Positions 62,280 to 64,000 of a DNA stretch of 64,000 nt are shown here, one piece after another; positions within the stretch are counted from its first letter, which is position 1; each line of letters opens with the position of its first letter. Source of the DNA: the human T2T-CHM13v2.0 reference genome, Homo sapiens. Location: assembly GCF_009914755.1 (NCBI RefSeq), contig NC_060925.1; one strand, written 5' to 3'. A program made the translations under genes and the position numbers. Below the pieces are notes generated by a model. That model did no database searches, was not told the origin of the DNA, and was given only the letters and a program-made list of their open reading frames with translations.

Positions 62280-62608
62280 TTTTTTGTTTTTGTTTTTGTG
62301 TTTTTTTTGTTTTTGTTTTTGTTTTTGAGAGAGAGTCTTGTTCTGTTGCCCAGGCTGGAGTGATATGGCGTGAACTTGGCTCATTGCAACCTCCACCTCC
62401 CGGCTTCAAGCTATTCTCCTGCCTCAGCCTTCTGAGTAGCTGGGTTTACAGGTGCCTGCCACCACACCCAGCTAATTTTTGTATTTTTAGTAGAGATGGG
62501 GTTTCGCCATGTTGGCCAGGCTGGTCTCAAACTCTTGACCTCAGGTGATCCACCCGCCTCGGCCTCCCGAAGTACTGGGATTACAGGCATGAGCCACCAT
62601 GCCCAGCC
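62280..62608 (-). mobile_element. AluS (Sx-like)
   Basis: Antisense full Alu with (TTTTG)n tail. Confidence 0.93.
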
Positions 62609-62761
62609 ATGGTCTGGTTTCTTAACCACCGTGTCCTGTGGCCTCTTGTGCAGTCCAAGCACGTATCACAGCATTTTGTTTCCCCATTGGTCAGTACTTG
62701 TCAGGGACATCACTTATCTTCCTTCTTGGAGGAAGATGCTGACTCTCAAAATCTCCTGCAG

Positions 62762-62830
62762 CAACAGTGCCGCCTGCAGCAGTGCTGTGAGGAAGCCTGC
62801 CATCTCCCTGGCTGACAGCACAGACCTCAG
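62762..62830 (+). CDS. STRIP1: STRIP1 exon 6
   Basis: ctgcag|C; [23 protein letters not shown]; CAG|GTGAGG. Confidence 0.95.
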
Positions 62831-63662
62831 GTGAGGCGAGCAGCAAGCCTGGGCTCCTGAGCGTTAGTCAGAGATGAGATCAGAGCAGGGTGTGGGAGGC
62901 TGTCTGTGGGTGTCATTGCTGTGTGTGCTTCTGTACACATCATCTGCATGTGTGATGGGCTCAGTGTGAATGATTAGTAGGAACTGCTGAGGGCTCGTCC
63001 TAGGTGGGACTCTGGGTTGAGACTCCCAAAGGCAATCCAGGGTCAAGTGACTTACTAGAGCCACAGCTAAGTGTGGCCTCCTACTCACACTGTTACTCAG
63101 GACCTGGTCGTGGGGTATTTTGTATTTGGATGAAACACTTGATGGTGTTCCCTGGACTCCCACCTTCTTGTGTACACAGCTTGATGCTCATCTTCATTGG
63201 GTTAGACCTGACAGCTTCCTAATGTTTCATGGCTGCCCAGGAGCTCACAGCAACTGCTGACCACCAAGATCACCCCTCAGTTTTTGAGGGTTGAAATCTG
63301 GCTCTTTTTATGAATTTGGAAGTTTTTAGACTAGGTGGTTGTAGTGTTGCCTCCCGGGTGTTAGGATCCCTGGGCGTCACCTCTCAGCTCCTGCTTTCCA
63401 TTTCCTCATCATAAACCCTGTTTTTGTTCTCACTGTGACCCTGTTCTGCTTTGACCCTACAGCTCGCTACCACCTCTGTGGTTTTTTTCTTTTCAGGAAG
63501 CTTAGGGTGGTAAATGCTTTTGGCCATTCTTGTTCATACTCATTTATTCAGATACCATTTATTAATAGTAAGCCCCTGCTTTGTGTAAGCACTTTGTTAG
63601 ACACTAGGGTGCTCCTTTGACCCCCCCATCCCACTCCATTGTGAGCTGGCTCTTGTCCTCAG

Positions 63663-63769
63663 GGTCCTGCTCAACATCATGTACCTGATAGTGGAGACCG
63701 TTCATCAGGAGTGTGAGGGTGACAAGGCTGAGTGGAGGACCATGCGGCAGACCTTCAGAGCCGAGCTGG
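63663..63769 (+). CDS. STRIP1: STRIP1 exon 7
   Basis: cctcag|G; VLLNIMYLIVETVHQECEGDKAEWRTMRQTFRAEL; TGG|GTAGGA. Confidence 0.95.
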
Positions 63770-63860
63770 GTAGGACCCTGGGGATCCTCTCTAGAGGCCC
63801 TGCCTGGAAGCTGAGGCGGAAGGCTTTGGGAGGGTCCTGATACCTTTGTGTCACCTCCAG

Positions 63861-63988
63861 GCTCCCCGCTGTACAACAATGAGCCATTTGCCATCATGCT
63901 GTTTGGGATGGTGACCAAATTTTGCAGTGGTCACGCCCCTCACTTTCCCATGAAGAAAGTTCTCTTGCTGCTCTGGAAGACAGTATTG
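63861..63988 (+). CDS. STRIP1: STRIP1 exon 8 (gene continues beyond window)
   Basis: ctccag|GC; [43 protein letters not shown]; TTG|GTGAGC; exons 1-8 total 885 nt in frame (STRIPAK FAR11/STRIP family). Confidence 0.95.
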
Positions 63989-64000
63989 GTGAGCACCTCC

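Overview
Primate genomic DNA, recognised as human chr1p13.3 from the encoded proteins and Alu content. It is not a prokaryotic locus and has no CRISPR, tRNA or rRNA features. It holds the complete + strand AHCYL1 (IRBIT) gene: CpG-island promoter ~6.5-7.6 kb, 17 GT-AG coding exons (7185-43812) that join into a 1593-nt ORF of 530 aa, and a ~2-kb 3'UTR ending near tandem ATTAAA signals at ~45850. An Alu/L1/LTR-rich intergenic spacer follows, then the CpG-island promoter and first 8 coding exons (295 codons) of STRIP1 (FAM40A), which runs off the right edge. I found no convincing wholly new gene or system. The most interesting leads are isoform and regulatory architecture: an antisense MER41A LTR with a splice donor that could act as an alternative STRIP1 first exon; alternative AHCYL1 starts that would delete the exon-junction PP1 motif; a last intron whose retention removes only the terminal Tyr; inverted Alu pairs (editing, circRNA); a palindromic CTCF-like site; UPRE/CRE and ARE motifs; a near-consensus young AluY; and recent tandem duplications. 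Repeat subfamily names are from recalled consensus sequences, not a RepeatMasker run.
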